Virus record (IMG/VR): IMGVR_UViG_3300021067_000006
Location: 26,838 to 90,837 of that record
Source: a virus
Strand: one strand, 5' to 3'
Length of the DNA: 64,000 nucleotides
Part shown: positions 26,109-35,561 of the stretch, piece by piece
Layout of the letters: each line of letters begins with the position of its first letter
Position numbering within the stretch: position 1 is the stretch's first letter
Notes under the pieces: generated by a model
Told to the model about the DNA's origin: nothing
Databases searched by the model: none
What the model saw: only the letters and a program-made list of their open reading frames with translations
Translations under genes and position numbers: made by a program

Positions 26109-28024
26109 CACGCGACCTCGACGCGCGACCACGGCCCCGACGCACGCACGACAATGCGCCTCGGCACGCTCTCGAGGAACGCCCGATCGTGCGCCGACAC
26201 GATGGCCTGCTCGAACGTGCCGAGCAGCATGCGCTGTATCGCCGCCGACACCGACGCGCGGTGCGCACGATCCATCTGCGCGAGCGGTTCGTCGAGCGCG
26301 GCCACCGACCACCGCGCCGAGCGCCGCGCGCGCAGCCACCGGAACGCGGCGGTGCGCAGCGCGAGCCCGCCCAGGTCGGCGGCCGCGCCGTCGCTCTGAT
26401 GCGACAGCCGGAACCGCACGCGGTTCGACACCTTGGGCCCGCGCGTCGCACCGCAGCGCGCGCACTGCCTCACCCGCGTCGACGCGGGGAACGGCGAGCC
26501 GCAGCCCGAGCAGCGGACGGCGAGCTCTTTCGTCTCCCGTCCCCAGCTGAGCGAGACCGCCAAGTCGACCCCCGCCTCGGCGAGCACGCCGTTCGCCGCC
26601 CGCACGACGCCGCCCACGGCCTGCTCGGCCGCGGCACGCTGCGCTCCCTCCGGCCCGAGAATAGCCAACGCCGCGCGCCGGGCGGCCAGAGAACGCGCGA
26701 GCTCGGCGAGCCGGGCGTCGGCGTCGGCGACGCGGGCGAGCGCAGCCTCGGCCTCACCGAGCGCCGCCCGCGCGCGTTCGACGGCCGACCGATCCACAAG
26801 CGGCGGCTGCTCGACCGGGGGCAGCACGTCGGGCAGCTGCTCGGAATCGATCCACGCCAGCCGCGCCGCGGCTTCCACAGCCGCATCGAGCCGCGCGCTG
26901 GCCTGGTCAAGCCGGCGCTGCTGCGCCCGCGCTTCATCGAACGAACACTCAACCAGCCCGCCCCGCGTCTCGGCTTCTTTCCGTGCGGCTTCCGCCTTCG
27001 CGAGCGCGGCACGGTTCTCCGCGGTGCGCGCGTTGATCTGCTCCCGCGCCGGACAGTCGATACCGGCCACGGGACAACGCCCATCGAACTGCCCGCTCAC
27101 CAGCTTGCGCGCGCGCTCAACCTCACGCCGCGCCTCGTCGCGCGCGTGCAGCTCCCGCTCGCGCTTCGCGACAATCGCCTCGACGTCGGGAACCGGAACG
27201 GCCTTGAGCTCGGCGACCTCACCGGCGAGCGCTTCGACCTGCTCGAGCAGACGCCGCCGCTCGTCGCGAGTTTTCAGCTTGAGCGCGAGCTCGGCATGAG
27301 CGCGCAGCTTCTCGCTCGCCGAGTTTGCCGCAGCGTGGTCAGCCTCGAATCGCGCCTGCGCCGCAACGAGCTCAGCACGACGCCGCTCGACCTCAGCCTC
27401 GGTGCCGCCCGCCTCGAGCCCAGCGACGCGCGCCGCGATGCAGCGACCGTGTTCGGTCATCAGCTCGTTGAGCTCGTCGCTCACGGCATCCGCCGCCTCG
27501 GCCAGCTTGCCCGTCTGCAGCCATCGCTCAAACGCTTCAGTCGACGCCGTGCTACCCGCCGACACGAGCCCCGGCAGCGCGCGCTGCTCGGCGATGCAGG
27601 TGTCGAGCATCTCGACCACCTCGAACCCAAGGTAACCAGGCAGCGCACGCTCAGCCTCATCGCCGCGCAGCACCGTGCCGTCGGGCAGCGCGAACTCGAG
27701 TGATTCGCTCGCGCCGAGCGGCTTCAGTCGCGAGATGAACGCGCCGTCGCTGAGCTCGATGTCGACACCGACCTGCTCGCTACGCACGCCCGTCGCACGG
27801 TCGTACGAAACAAGGTCCTCGACGGAGTCGACAGTGCGCGGTCGCTTGCCGTCGAGCGCCCAGCGAATCGCGCGCAGCAAGCTCGTCTTGCCGAGGTAGT
27901 TGCTGCGCGCCGCGTCCTGCTCGTCCTCGGCTGTGAGCGCGTACACGCCCGGGCCGAGCTCGAGCTCGTGCACGCCGCGGAACCGCTGCCAGTCGATGAG
28001 CCGCAGCCCGACGATGTGCGTCAC
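26108..28024 (-). CDS. Rad50/SbcC-like SMC ATPase
   Basis: SNYLGKTS, Q-loop, coiled coils, CPV hook region, LDEP, AH. Confidence 0.9.
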   Translation of the reverse strand: MTHIVGLRLIDWQRFRGVHELELGPGVYALTAEDEQDAARSNYLGKTSLLRAIRWALDGKRPRTVDSVEDLVSYDRATGVRSEQVGVDIELSDGAFISRLKPLGASESLEFALPDGTVLRGDEAERALPGYLGFEVVEMLDTCIAEQRALPGLVSAGSTASTEAFERWLQTGKLAEAADAVSDELNELMTEHGRCIAARVAGLEAGGTEAEVERRRAELVAAQARFEADHAAANSASEKLRAHAELALKLKTRDERRRLLEQVEALAGEVAELKAVPVPDVEAIVAKRERELHARDEARREVERARKLVSGQFDGRCPVAGIDCPAREQINARTAENRAALAKAEAARKEAETRGGLVECSFDEARAQQRRLDQASARLDAAVEAAARLAWIDSEQLPDVLPPVEQPPLVDRSAVERARAALGEAEAALARVADADARLAELARSLAARRAALAILGPEGAQRAAAEQAVGGVVRAANGVLAEAGVDLAVSLSWGRETKELAVRCSGCGSPFPASTRVRQCARCGATRGPKVSNRVRFRLSHQSDGAAADLGGLALRTAAFRWLRARRSARWSVAALDEPLAQMDRAHRASVSAAIQRMLLGTFEQAIVSAHDRAFLESVPRRIVVRASGPWSRVEVA

Positions 28025-28137
28025 TCGCCGCGCCTCTTTCGCGTCAACAGGTTGATCGCAATCACGCAGCCGAGAATGCCGCCGACAACGATCGCGATGT
28101 AGACCCACGCCGCGACAGTCTCGGCCTGCGATGCCAT
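28021..28137 (-). CDS. Small single-TM protein (38 aa)
   Basis: WVYIAIVVGGILGCVIAINLL then RKRR; TATGAT-N6-ATG. Confidence 0.6.
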   Translation of the reverse strand: MASQAETVAAWVYIAIVVGGILGCVIAINLLTRKRRGE

Positions 28138-28144
28138 GCGCCGA

Positions 28145-28591
28145 TCATAGGCCAGCGCCAGCGAGCGCGTGCTCGATGACACGCTCGACCTCATGCCAGT
28201 CCACGTCGACGGCGCTGCGCTCGCGCGCTCGAGCGAGCAGGTCGGCGACCACGCCGCGCAAATCGAGCGCGGCCTCAACGTCCACAGCGCCCGCCACACG
28301 CTCCACGTCGCGCTCGGGAAGCTCAGCAGCGCCAGCCTCGGGCGGTAAGTCCTGCACGCGCACAGCGCCCGCAGCACGGGCCTGCCGCTTCCATTCGGCA
28401 ACCGCTGCCGCCTCGGTGCCCGCCGGCGGCCGAACCCAAACAATCGCGCCGTCGAGCGAATCGAGGCTTTCCACAGGCTTGTGGAATTCCTGCGCGGAAA
28501 CGACCACCAACCGGCGCGCCTCGAGCGGCTCGAACCTCACCGGTTTGGAATCGCGCCGTTCCATACCGGCCTTGCTTCTCGGCACTCGCAT
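28145..28591 (-). CDS. Probable C-terminal part of Mre11/SbcD (cap and Rad50-binding helices)
   Basis: VRFEPLEARRLVVV...GAIVWVR...helical tail; TGATG coupling to nuclease ORF. Confidence 0.6.
   Translation of the reverse strand: MRVPRSKAGMERRDSKPVRFEPLEARRLVVVSAQEFHKPVESLDSLDGAIVWVRPPAGTEAAAVAEWKRQARAAGAVRVQDLPPEAGAAELPERDVERVAGAVDVEAALDLRGVVADLLARARERSAVDVDWHEVERVIEHALAGAGL
28544..28565. promoter_or_regulatory. 22-bp palindrome copy 5 (TTTGGAATCGCGCCGTTCCATA)
   Basis: At the SbcD split junction. Confidence 0.7.
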
Positions 28592-29322
28592 CAGCCCCCC
28601 CGCTCGGTGTCGACTTCCAAGATGCCCGGGACATTCTCGCACTCGTCGCGCGTAAACCTGCAGACGCTTCCCGGGATCTCGACGCCGCGATACGTCTGCC
28701 GCCGATGGTAATGCGCGTTGAACAGCAGCGCGTTCGGAAACAACCGACGCACCGTGTCGATGGGAAAGAACACGTCGCGCCCGCGCGCCATATCCTTCGT
28801 TTCCGAACCCGTTGCGATGCCCTCGAGCATCAGATGCCCGGCCACCGCAGCGACCTTTGCACCGAGCCCGACGCGCGTGAGCTCCGCCGCTAGCTCGCAC
28901 ACCTCAGCCTTGGGGTCGTACGCGTGCGACGTCGGAACGTACGGCAGCAGCACGACAGCCTCGCCCGCGCCGACCTGGACATAGCGCGGCCGCTTCACGA
29001 GCGTGACGCCCGCAACGAACGCGAGCGGATCGAGCGTCGTCGTCCCGTACCCATCTTCGAGCACGTCGTGATTGCCGGGAATCGCGATCGTGTCGATGCC
29101 CTCGACGTCGAGCTTGCTTGCGAACTCGGCGAACAGCGTAATGCACCGCACAAGGTTCTCGCTCTCCGGATCGGCAAGGTCGCCGAGGAACAGAACCTCA
29201 TCGACCCGTCGCTTGAGCGCACGTTCGAACACGAGCTCAAGCGCGCGCGCGACATCGTCGAACCGCGAGAAACCCGCAGTCGACTTGTCCGGATGCAGGT
29301 CGCCGACGATCAACGACTTCAC
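28591..29322 (-). CDS. Mre11/SbcD metallophosphoesterase nuclease domain
   Basis: GDLH, GD, GNHD, GH, AHYH motifs; near sbcC. Confidence 0.9.
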   Translation of the reverse strand: MKSLIVGDLHPDKSTAGFSRFDDVARALELVFERALKRRVDEVLFLGDLADPESENLVRCITLFAEFASKLDVEGIDTIAIPGNHDVLEDGYGTTTLDPLAFVAGVTLVKRPRYVQVGAGEAVVLLPYVPTSHAYDPKAEVCELAAELTRVGLGAKVAAVAGHLMLEGIATGSETKDMARGRDVFFPIDTVRRLFPNALLFNAHYHRRQTYRGVEIPGSVCRFTRDECENVPGILEVDTERGG

Positions 29323-30503
29323 TTCGCACCCGCGCGGCATTCGGCTTCGACTCGCGCGAGCAGCTCAACGTCGGCACGCAGCTTCCGCAGCGCCGCACGT
29401 TCGCCCTGCCCGAGCTTCGCGCCGCTCGCGCTGTAATGCGAACCGTTCTGCTTGGCGACTCCGAGCTCGAGCGCAAGCTCGAGCACGTCGCGCGCACGAT
29501 CGAAACCTTCGGGCGCATCGACGCCGTTGCTCGTGTGAAACCACGCAAGCGGAGTAATCTCGCGCTTGCCCGCGATCTTCGTTTTCAGCACGCCGACGCG
29601 ATGCCGCTCGCCGATGAACACGCGCTCGCCATCCTCCGTATCTTCGACGATCGACGAACGCTCGACGCGCAGCCGTAGCGACGGGCCGAACTTCATATTT
29701 TCCCCGCCCATGAGCTCGACCACGTCGCGCGAGTACAGCCCTTCCCCCTTCGTCACTTTCTCGCGGCCGATGAGCACCGCCGCCGTGCGCGTGCGCGCGA
29801 GCAACGGCAGCAGCTCATCGATCCACGCCGCATTGTAAGCGGCCTTGAGCTGCGCGAGTCGACGGCCTGCACCGTCCTCTTTCTTCGGCGGCGCACGTCG
29901 ACCGCGTTTCTTCGCTTCCTCAGCGTCGGCCTGCTCTTGCGCCTTCGCAGCCTTCGCGGCCTTCACCATCTCATCGAAGGCGTCTTTCGGTACGAGCGCG
30001 CGGATGCTGTCGATCACGACGATGCCCGTCGTGTCGGGCGGGATGCGCCCCTTGTCGCGCGCAGTACCGATTCGGTTCGCCCAATCTTTCACACCCTCGC
30101 GCGTCGCTTCGTAGTCGGTCACCGGTATCGCCGAGAACGACGGGTAATCGTACGCCTCGCCGACGAGCAGACGCGCGTACGGCTCAGGCGTGCTGTGCTC
30201 GGCGTCGGCGAACGCGGCGAAGTGACCGCGCTCGAGAAACGAACGCAGCAGGCCGAGCTGCAGCGTCGACTTACCTTCGTTGCTCGGGCCGTGGATCACG
30301 GTCAGCCGCGCGATGGGAAAGCCGCCAACCCCGATGCGATGGTCGAGCTGCGGGAATATCGTCGGCACGGCTTGAACGCGGCCGATGACTTCGCGCGCGG
30401 GACGAAACGCCGAGAACTCGCCGGCCACTGCCGACAACGCTTCGATGCGCTCACGATTACTCGCAGCTTGCGCCGCGATGCTCGCACGGGGTTGGCGGCT
30501 CAT
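29319..30503 (-). CDS. RecA/UvsX-like recombinase
   Basis: GVGGFPIARLTVIHGPSNEGKST, DAEH, IDSI, GGENMKF, KTK. Confidence 0.9.
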   Translation of the reverse strand: MSRQPRASIAAQAASNRERIEALSAVAGEFSAFRPAREVIGRVQAVPTIFPQLDHRIGVGGFPIARLTVIHGPSNEGKSTLQLGLLRSFLERGHFAAFADAEHSTPEPYARLLVGEAYDYPSFSAIPVTDYEATREGVKDWANRIGTARDKGRIPPDTTGIVVIDSIRALVPKDAFDEMVKAAKAAKAQEQADAEEAKKRGRRAPPKKEDGAGRRLAQLKAAYNAAWIDELLPLLARTRTAAVLIGREKVTKGEGLYSRDVVELMGGENMKFGPSLRLRVERSSIVEDTEDGERVFIGERHRVGVLKTKIAGKREITPLAWFHTSNGVDAPEGFDRARDVLELALELGVAKQNGSHYSASGAKLGQGERAALRKLRADVELLARVEAECRAGAK

Positions 30504-30506
30504 GAC

Positions 30507-30749
30507 TCAGTCCGGAACCTTCGCGACGTTCTGCTGTTGCCACTGCTCGATCTCGTCGGCGTAGCGCATAGCGCGCTCCGCCTTCTCGACCGTCGCCTCG
30601 TTTCCCTCACCCTCGCGCGATGCGTCCAGCGCCGCGCTCGCCCAGAACCGGATGGTCGCCGGCGCAAGCCGGTCTTGCCCGCGCAGCACGAAGATGGGTT
30701 CGTCGTCGCGCGCGTTCTGCAGGCACTTGCTCTCGTGTTTGGTGCTCAC
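30507..30749 (-). CDS. Small phage protein with DEPIFVLR motif (80 aa)
   Basis: DEPIFVLRGQDRLAP; SD GAGGAG. Confidence 0.75.
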   Translation of the reverse strand: MSTKHESKCLQNARDDEPIFVLRGQDRLAPATIRFWASAALDASREGEGNEATVEKAERAMRYADEIEQWQQQNVAKVPD

Positions 30750-30832
30750 TTCGAATTCTCCTCACCATGGCAGGTCGTCATCGCCGAACAGCTCGGCGGC
30801 TGTTCGGCGGGCCTTGAACGTTTCGAGCTCGA

Positions 30833-32116
30833 CTAGTCGCCTCCCTTCGCAGCTTCGCGCTCGCGCTGCCGACGAGACACTCGCGCGTCGACACGCCGCG
30901 TTTCCGGTTTTGGCTCGGGCTTCGGCTTGAGTTTGTACGTGCCGTTGTTCGCGTCGTACTCGTACTCGGCGCCGCAGTGCGGGCACGTCAATGCATCGGC
31001 CGCCATGGGCTTTTTGCACGAGTCGCACTCGACTTCCTCGTCGTCCTCGCCCTCGTCGTCGTCCTCGTCGTCCTCGCCCTCGTCGTCTTCGTCGTCGTCT
31101 TCGTCGTTGTCGCTGGCGTTGGCACCGTGATCGAACGACTCGGGCAGATCGAGCAGCGAAGGGTTTTCCTTTTTCAGGAACTTCGTAATCGGCTCGAACA
31201 GCTCAGCCCACGGCGGGTCGACCGTCTCGTGACACCAATGGGTTTCGAACAGCTGTCGAAGCACCGCGACGTTCGACGGTCCGATGAGCTCATCGATCGC
31301 CGGCGGCTCGGCGTCGAACACGCGTTTGATCTCGTCGCTGAGCTTGATGCTGGTGATCACTTTCGCGTCGTACTTGTTCGAGAACTCCTCGCTTTCGTCG
31401 TACCGCCAGCGGAAGCACACCGGATGCTTTCGCGGATCGCCCTCGTCTTTGCCGAGGTCTTCGCGCCGATCGTTGATCAGCTTTTTCATCTTGTCGCCGA
31501 GCGTCTGCGACTCGATCGCAATCACGCAGCCGTCGCCGGGCTCGTCGTTCTGCACGACACGAAACACGTACTGCAGCCGCGCCGTCGAGTTTTCCATGAA
31601 CGCCTCGTCGCGCCGGATGCCTGCTCGTCTGAGCTCGCGCTTCTCGGCTTCGGTCATATCCTTTTTCCCGAAGATGCCGGTGAAGCCGCCAGCGTGAATC
31701 ACCTGGTCATCGTCGCCGCCCGCTTCAAACCGAAAGATGGGATCGCACCATCCGATCTTTCGGTCGGCGATCTGCTCGCGTACCCACTCGAGAGTCAGCG
31801 AGAACGGGCACACCTCCGGCGGATACTCGCGCGTGCCGTCGTTGTTCCTGAAGCGCTGCTTGCGCAGCACCGACTCGCGCTCGTACGAGTTGAAGCGGAT
31901 GCGACGCACCTTGAGCACGTAGTCGTTTGTCTTCTCGTCTTTCATCCGCACGACGCGCGCGAATCCATGAGCCCACAGCGCGGCCATGCCCGTCGCCGGA
32001 TGCAACCAGATGTCGACCTGCCCGTCCTTTTTCCAGTTCTTGAGGTAGCCCGCACCGCCGCTCGAGCCGCTGTGCGTGAGCCATTCGTCCATGTCCATTT
32101 CGCGCGATGACACCAT
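30833..32116 (-). CDS. Probable single-stranded DNA-binding protein (gp32-like) with acidic tract and Zn ribbon
   Basis: Position between PolB and RecA; long D/E tract; CDSC..CPHC. Confidence 0.55.
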   Translation of the reverse strand: MVSSREMDMDEWLTHSGSSGGAGYLKNWKKDGQVDIWLHPATGMAALWAHGFARVVRMKDEKTNDYVLKVRRIRFNSYERESVLRKQRFRNNDGTREYPPEVCPFSLTLEWVREQIADRKIGWCDPIFRFEAGGDDDQVIHAGGFTGIFGKKDMTEAEKRELRRAGIRRDEAFMENSTARLQYVFRVVQNDEPGDGCVIAIESQTLGDKMKKLINDRREDLGKDEGDPRKHPVCFRWRYDESEEFSNKYDAKVITSIKLSDEIKRVFDAEPPAIDELIGPSNVAVLRQLFETHWCHETVDPPWAELFEPITKFLKKENPSLLDLPESFDHGANASDNDEDDDEDDEGEDDEDDDEGEDDEEVECDSCKKPMAADALTCPHCGAEYEYDANNGTYKLKPKPEPKPETRRVDARVSRRQREREAAKGGD

Positions 32117-32175
32117 CGGTTCTGTTCTCCGTTCTTCGTTCGGTTTCCGTGCAGAGCGAGCTCGGCCGAGCTCGT

Positions 32176-33021
32176 TCAATCTGAGCGCTGTCGCGCCACC
32201 ATCTGCCGCAAGTCCCGTGCTCGCTCGATGGTACGAGCCTCGAGCGACTCGAGCGCAGCAATCATGCGGCGTGCCTTGCCTCTGCGCATCTCGAGGTCGC
32301 GCCACTCGCGCGGGTACTTCTCAGCGAGCGCGGCGTCGATGTCCGCTTCCGTGATCTGCTTGCTGCGCCCGACCGGTTCATCCGTCTTCGCTTTCTTCGC
32401 AGCTTCGGCTGCAGCCTTGTGGCGTGCTCGTTCGACTTCGAGGTCGGCGATCACGCCCGCGCGCAGCGCTGCAACGATCGTCTTCGCGTCGAGCTCGTAA
32501 GCGTCGTGAGCGACCTTCGCGTTCACAAGCAACAGCGTCGCGCGGTACGCGATGTCCTCGGCGTGGTCGAGCGCGTCAACGAGGTCGCCGTAAGCCAAGC
32601 CGCTCGCGGCGCGGCGCGCGCCGAACGACAGCGCTTCGCGAATCTCACGGTACTCGGCATCCGGTTCGGCCAGGTCGTAGAGATGATCGACGATACGGTC
32701 GTACCCCGCGCCCATCGAAAGGTCCGAAGCCTCTTTGCCAGCGAGCTCGCGCTGTCGCGCAGCAGTGCGTTCTTCGACCTCGCGCTGCGACAGCTCGACC
32801 TCACGTTCGAGCTGCGCAGGTGGCCGCTCAAAAGCCTCTCTCACTTCTCTCTCAGCGTTCGACGTATCGCGATCGTCCGGTCGAACATCGCCGCTTGTCA
32901 CACGCGCTTGTCCTGCCTGCGCCTCTTTCGGCGCACTGGCTTCGGCTCGTCCGGCTTCGGCTTGTCCGGCGGCGGGTTCATCGGTTCGCTTCCTCGGCTG
33001 TACCTGGGTTCGGCTTCTCAC
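32176..33021 (-). CDS. Coiled-coil hypothetical protein (281 aa)
   Basis: CATGAT-N7-GTG; helical; UvsY-like position. Confidence 0.65.
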   Translation of the reverse strand: MRSRTQVQPRKRTDEPAAGQAEAGRAEASAPKEAQAGQARVTSGDVRPDDRDTSNAEREVREAFERPPAQLEREVELSQREVEERTAARQRELAGKEASDLSMGAGYDRIVDHLYDLAEPDAEYREIREALSFGARRAASGLAYGDLVDALDHAEDIAYRATLLLVNAKVAHDAYELDAKTIVAALRAGVIADLEVERARHKAAAEAAKKAKTDEPVGRSKQITEADIDAALAEKYPREWRDLEMRRGKARRMIAALESLEARTIERARDLRQMVARQRSD

Positions 33022-33040
33022 GCCGCCCATCATGCCGCCG

Positions 33041-35482
33041 TCAGAAGCCAAACCCCATCTGCTCGCGCGGCACCGGTCGTCCACGTTCACGCGGGCGAGA
33101 GCGTCCGAAGCTGCGATGCCAGTCGTAGTCGGGGAAGCACACCTCGAGCACGCGCTCGGTGGGCGGCCACACCAGCGTCTCCCAGAGGTAGTGCCGATCT
33201 TCGGTGCCGGGTTCGAACTCGAACAGCCCAACGACCTTCTGCGGCGAGCGCGCACCGTCCACGACCACGTACTCGATGCGCACGCCTTGGCTCACGTCCA
33301 TGCCGAGCTCGCGCATGCGGCGCGCGAGCTCGACGTGCACGGCCTGCGATGCCCACTCATCGCCGTGCTTTTTCTTACGGCGCGCGTAGCCCTCGATCTC
33401 GCGGCTAAGCTGCTTGCTCAGCACGAAGTCGTCGCGCTCGAGCCGACCCTTGAGCACGCGCGCGCGCCATCGATCGGCAAGCTCGCAGAAGTCGCGATGC
33501 GTGTACGGCAGCACAGCCGGCGCTTCCGGCCGGTCCATGCACAGCAGGACCCTGACGGCTTCCTCTTGCATCTCGCGAGCGAGTCGCGCGGAGTCGCCGC
33601 GCTTGAACTCGAGCCCCTTGATCTCGGGGCGCGACAGCTCATTCGCGCGCTTGCCGTCGAAGTGCTCGAACCGTCCGGCGTAGCGTTTCTTTTTGACGTA
33701 AACGAGAATCGAGAATCGCTTCTCGTAAGCGAGCTTGACGCCGAACGGCGGACGACAGCCGCAGCTCGCGAGCAACTTCGGATACAGCTCACGGTTGCAC
33801 GCTTCGACGAACGTACGGAACCGCTGTTCTTCGACGCCCGCGGCGAACACCGAGTCGGTGTCGACTGCGATCGTCTCGATGCCGTGCTGCTCGCGACCGT
33901 ACGCAATCGTCGACTTGATCAGCCACACGCCGGCCTGCGCCACCGACTCGGCGATCTGCCGGCGAAAAAACCTCGAGAACGGCGACCCGACGACGCCGTA
34001 AAACGAGTTGTTGATCTGCTTGTATGCCGTGCTCCGACGGTCCGCGTCTTTCCACTCGTCAGTGCCTGGAACCGCTGCAGCTTTCGCGCGCTTCCACTGC
34101 TCGCGCAACCGCGCGATCTCTTCGACTGCGACGACGAGCAGCCCTTTCGGTTCGGTGCGGAACACCTCGCCCGTCATCGGCACGCGGCAGTAGCCCGGCG
34201 GCGGAGGCACGAGCTCGACACGAGGGTCAACGTTGGGCGCGATGAGACGCTGCGCAGCCTCGGGAACATGCGTCTCGAGCGACATGTTCCACGCGACGAT
34301 GTTGCGCGGGTACATCGCCGCGAAGTCGGCAACGTCGACACCGCGAAGCACACCCTTGTGCTTCGGCTCCATGACGTAAGCGCCGGCGAATGGGTCGGCT
34401 TCGCCCGGCGTTTGGAAGCGCGATGGGAAGTGACCGCCGCCGCGCTCGCGCGCGAGCCGCAGGATGAACGACTCCACGAAGCTCGTCGCCCGCATACCGC
34501 GCGCATCGGGGAACGTGCCGCACACGAGGCACAACTCGATCATCAGCTCGATGAAGCCGGTGCGCTTCTCAATGCGCCACGCGAGCTCAGTGTCGACGAC
34601 GTTGTAATCGCTGAGCAGCGCGCGCTGCTCGCCACCGGCGGCCCAGTAATCCCAGGACTTGCGCGCTTCAACGGAAAGCTTCGCGACGTCGGCCTCGCCG
34701 TGCAGCACACGCGCTGCCACGCGGCCGAGCGCCATGCTCTGCTTCTCCTCGCCGCTCTCGGATGCCGAGATGTTTCCCTTGCGAAAGATGGCGAGGTGAT
34801 CGGCCGTGAGCCAGCGCCTCAGGTTCACGCGGATACCGAGCCGCGCGACGCGCGCGCCAAGCACCGGGAAGTCGAAGCCGTGCTCGTCATCCTCCCAATC
34901 GTCGCCGCCGTACCACGCGAGCACGAGGTCGACCGACATGAGCTCGTCGAATAGGTCCTCGAGCAGCAGCGTCTCGGCCTCGTCGGTGTCGTGCTCGAGC
35001 ACGCCTCTGACCTTCTCGCCGTCCTCGAACGTGAGCGACCAGCACAGCACGCGCGCCTCGCTCTTCTGCGACATCGGCACACGCGAATCCGTCTCGATGT
35101 CGAGGATCGCCCAACGCGGGCGCTGCACCGAGAACCCGCGCTCGACCATCACGCGGCGCACCGGGTTCAGGTCGCCTTCATACGTGGCGATGCCGCGCTG
35201 CTCGAAGTAGCCGCCGCGCCCACAGAACGACCGCGCGACGTCGTAGCTCGCCCAGCGCAGCCGAACCCAATCGCCCTCGATCGCGTAGCCGCGCACCGCG
35301 CGCGATCGCTTCGCCTGCGCTTCGATGTCCGCGGCGAAGTCCTCGCGTCGGATGTGGCACGCGTACTCGGCGGGGAACAGATGCTTGCTGACAGAGCCGT
35401 CCTGCTCACGGCGCAGCAGCACCACGCGGTCGCCAGCGACGAACCCGTTGACGAAAAATTGAGGCGGACCCGACCCGTTCAT
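33041..35482 (-). CDS. Family B DNA polymerase
   Basis: DIETD (ExoI), FDF (ExoII), YNVVD (ExoIII), DFAAMYP, KQINNSFYG, DTDS, KKRYAG, KGLE. Confidence 0.95.
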   Translation of the reverse strand: MNGSGPPQFFVNGFVAGDRVVLLRREQDGSVSKHLFPAEYACHIRREDFAADIEAQAKRSRAVRGYAIEGDWVRLRWASYDVARSFCGRGGYFEQRGIATYEGDLNPVRRVMVERGFSVQRPRWAILDIETDSRVPMSQKSEARVLCWSLTFEDGEKVRGVLEHDTDEAETLLLEDLFDELMSVDLVLAWYGGDDWEDDEHGFDFPVLGARVARLGIRVNLRRWLTADHLAIFRKGNISASESGEEKQSMALGRVAARVLHGEADVAKLSVEARKSWDYWAAGGEQRALLSDYNVVDTELAWRIEKRTGFIELMIELCLVCGTFPDARGMRATSFVESFILRLARERGGGHFPSRFQTPGEADPFAGAYVMEPKHKGVLRGVDVADFAAMYPRNIVAWNMSLETHVPEAAQRLIAPNVDPRVELVPPPPGYCRVPMTGEVFRTEPKGLLVVAVEEIARLREQWKRAKAAAVPGTDEWKDADRRSTAYKQINNSFYGVVGSPFSRFFRRQIAESVAQAGVWLIKSTIAYGREQHGIETIAVDTDSVFAAGVEEQRFRTFVEACNRELYPKLLASCGCRPPFGVKLAYEKRFSILVYVKKKRYAGRFEHFDGKRANELSRPEIKGLEFKRGDSARLAREMQEEAVRVLLCMDRPEAPAVLPYTHRDFCELADRWRARVLKGRLERDDFVLSKQLSREIEGYARRKKKHGDEWASQAVHVELARRMRELGMDVSQGVRIEYVVVDGARSPQKVVGLFEFEPGTEDRHYLWETLVWPPTERVLEVCFPDYDWHRSFGRSRPRERGRPVPREQMGFGF

Positions 35483-35555
35483 GCAGACGGGAGCGCCGGG
35501 GAAGGGAAGCCCGGCGCCGGAGGTTGGTGGGGTCGTCGGGTTCGGGTCCGCCTCA
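35460..35555 (-). promoter_or_regulatory. Long hairpin enclosing the PolB start codon, followed by a T-tract
   Basis: 14-bp perfect IR 35460-35473 / 35542-35555; inner IR 35493-35500 / 35510-35517. Confidence 0.6.
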
Positions 35556-35556
35556 C
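35479..35556 (-). CDS. Putative 25-aa leader peptide MRRTRTRRPHQPPAPGFPSPALPSA
   Basis: CATCAT-N7-GTG start; TGA overlaps PolB ATG (ATGA). Confidence 0.45.
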   Translation of the reverse strand: MRRTRTRRPHQPPAPGFPSPALPSA

Positions 35557-35561
35557 AAGTC

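Noticed and set aside
31035-31110. TCG/TCC triplet repeat tract
   Set aside because: Encodes the acidic D/E stretch of the SSB-like protein
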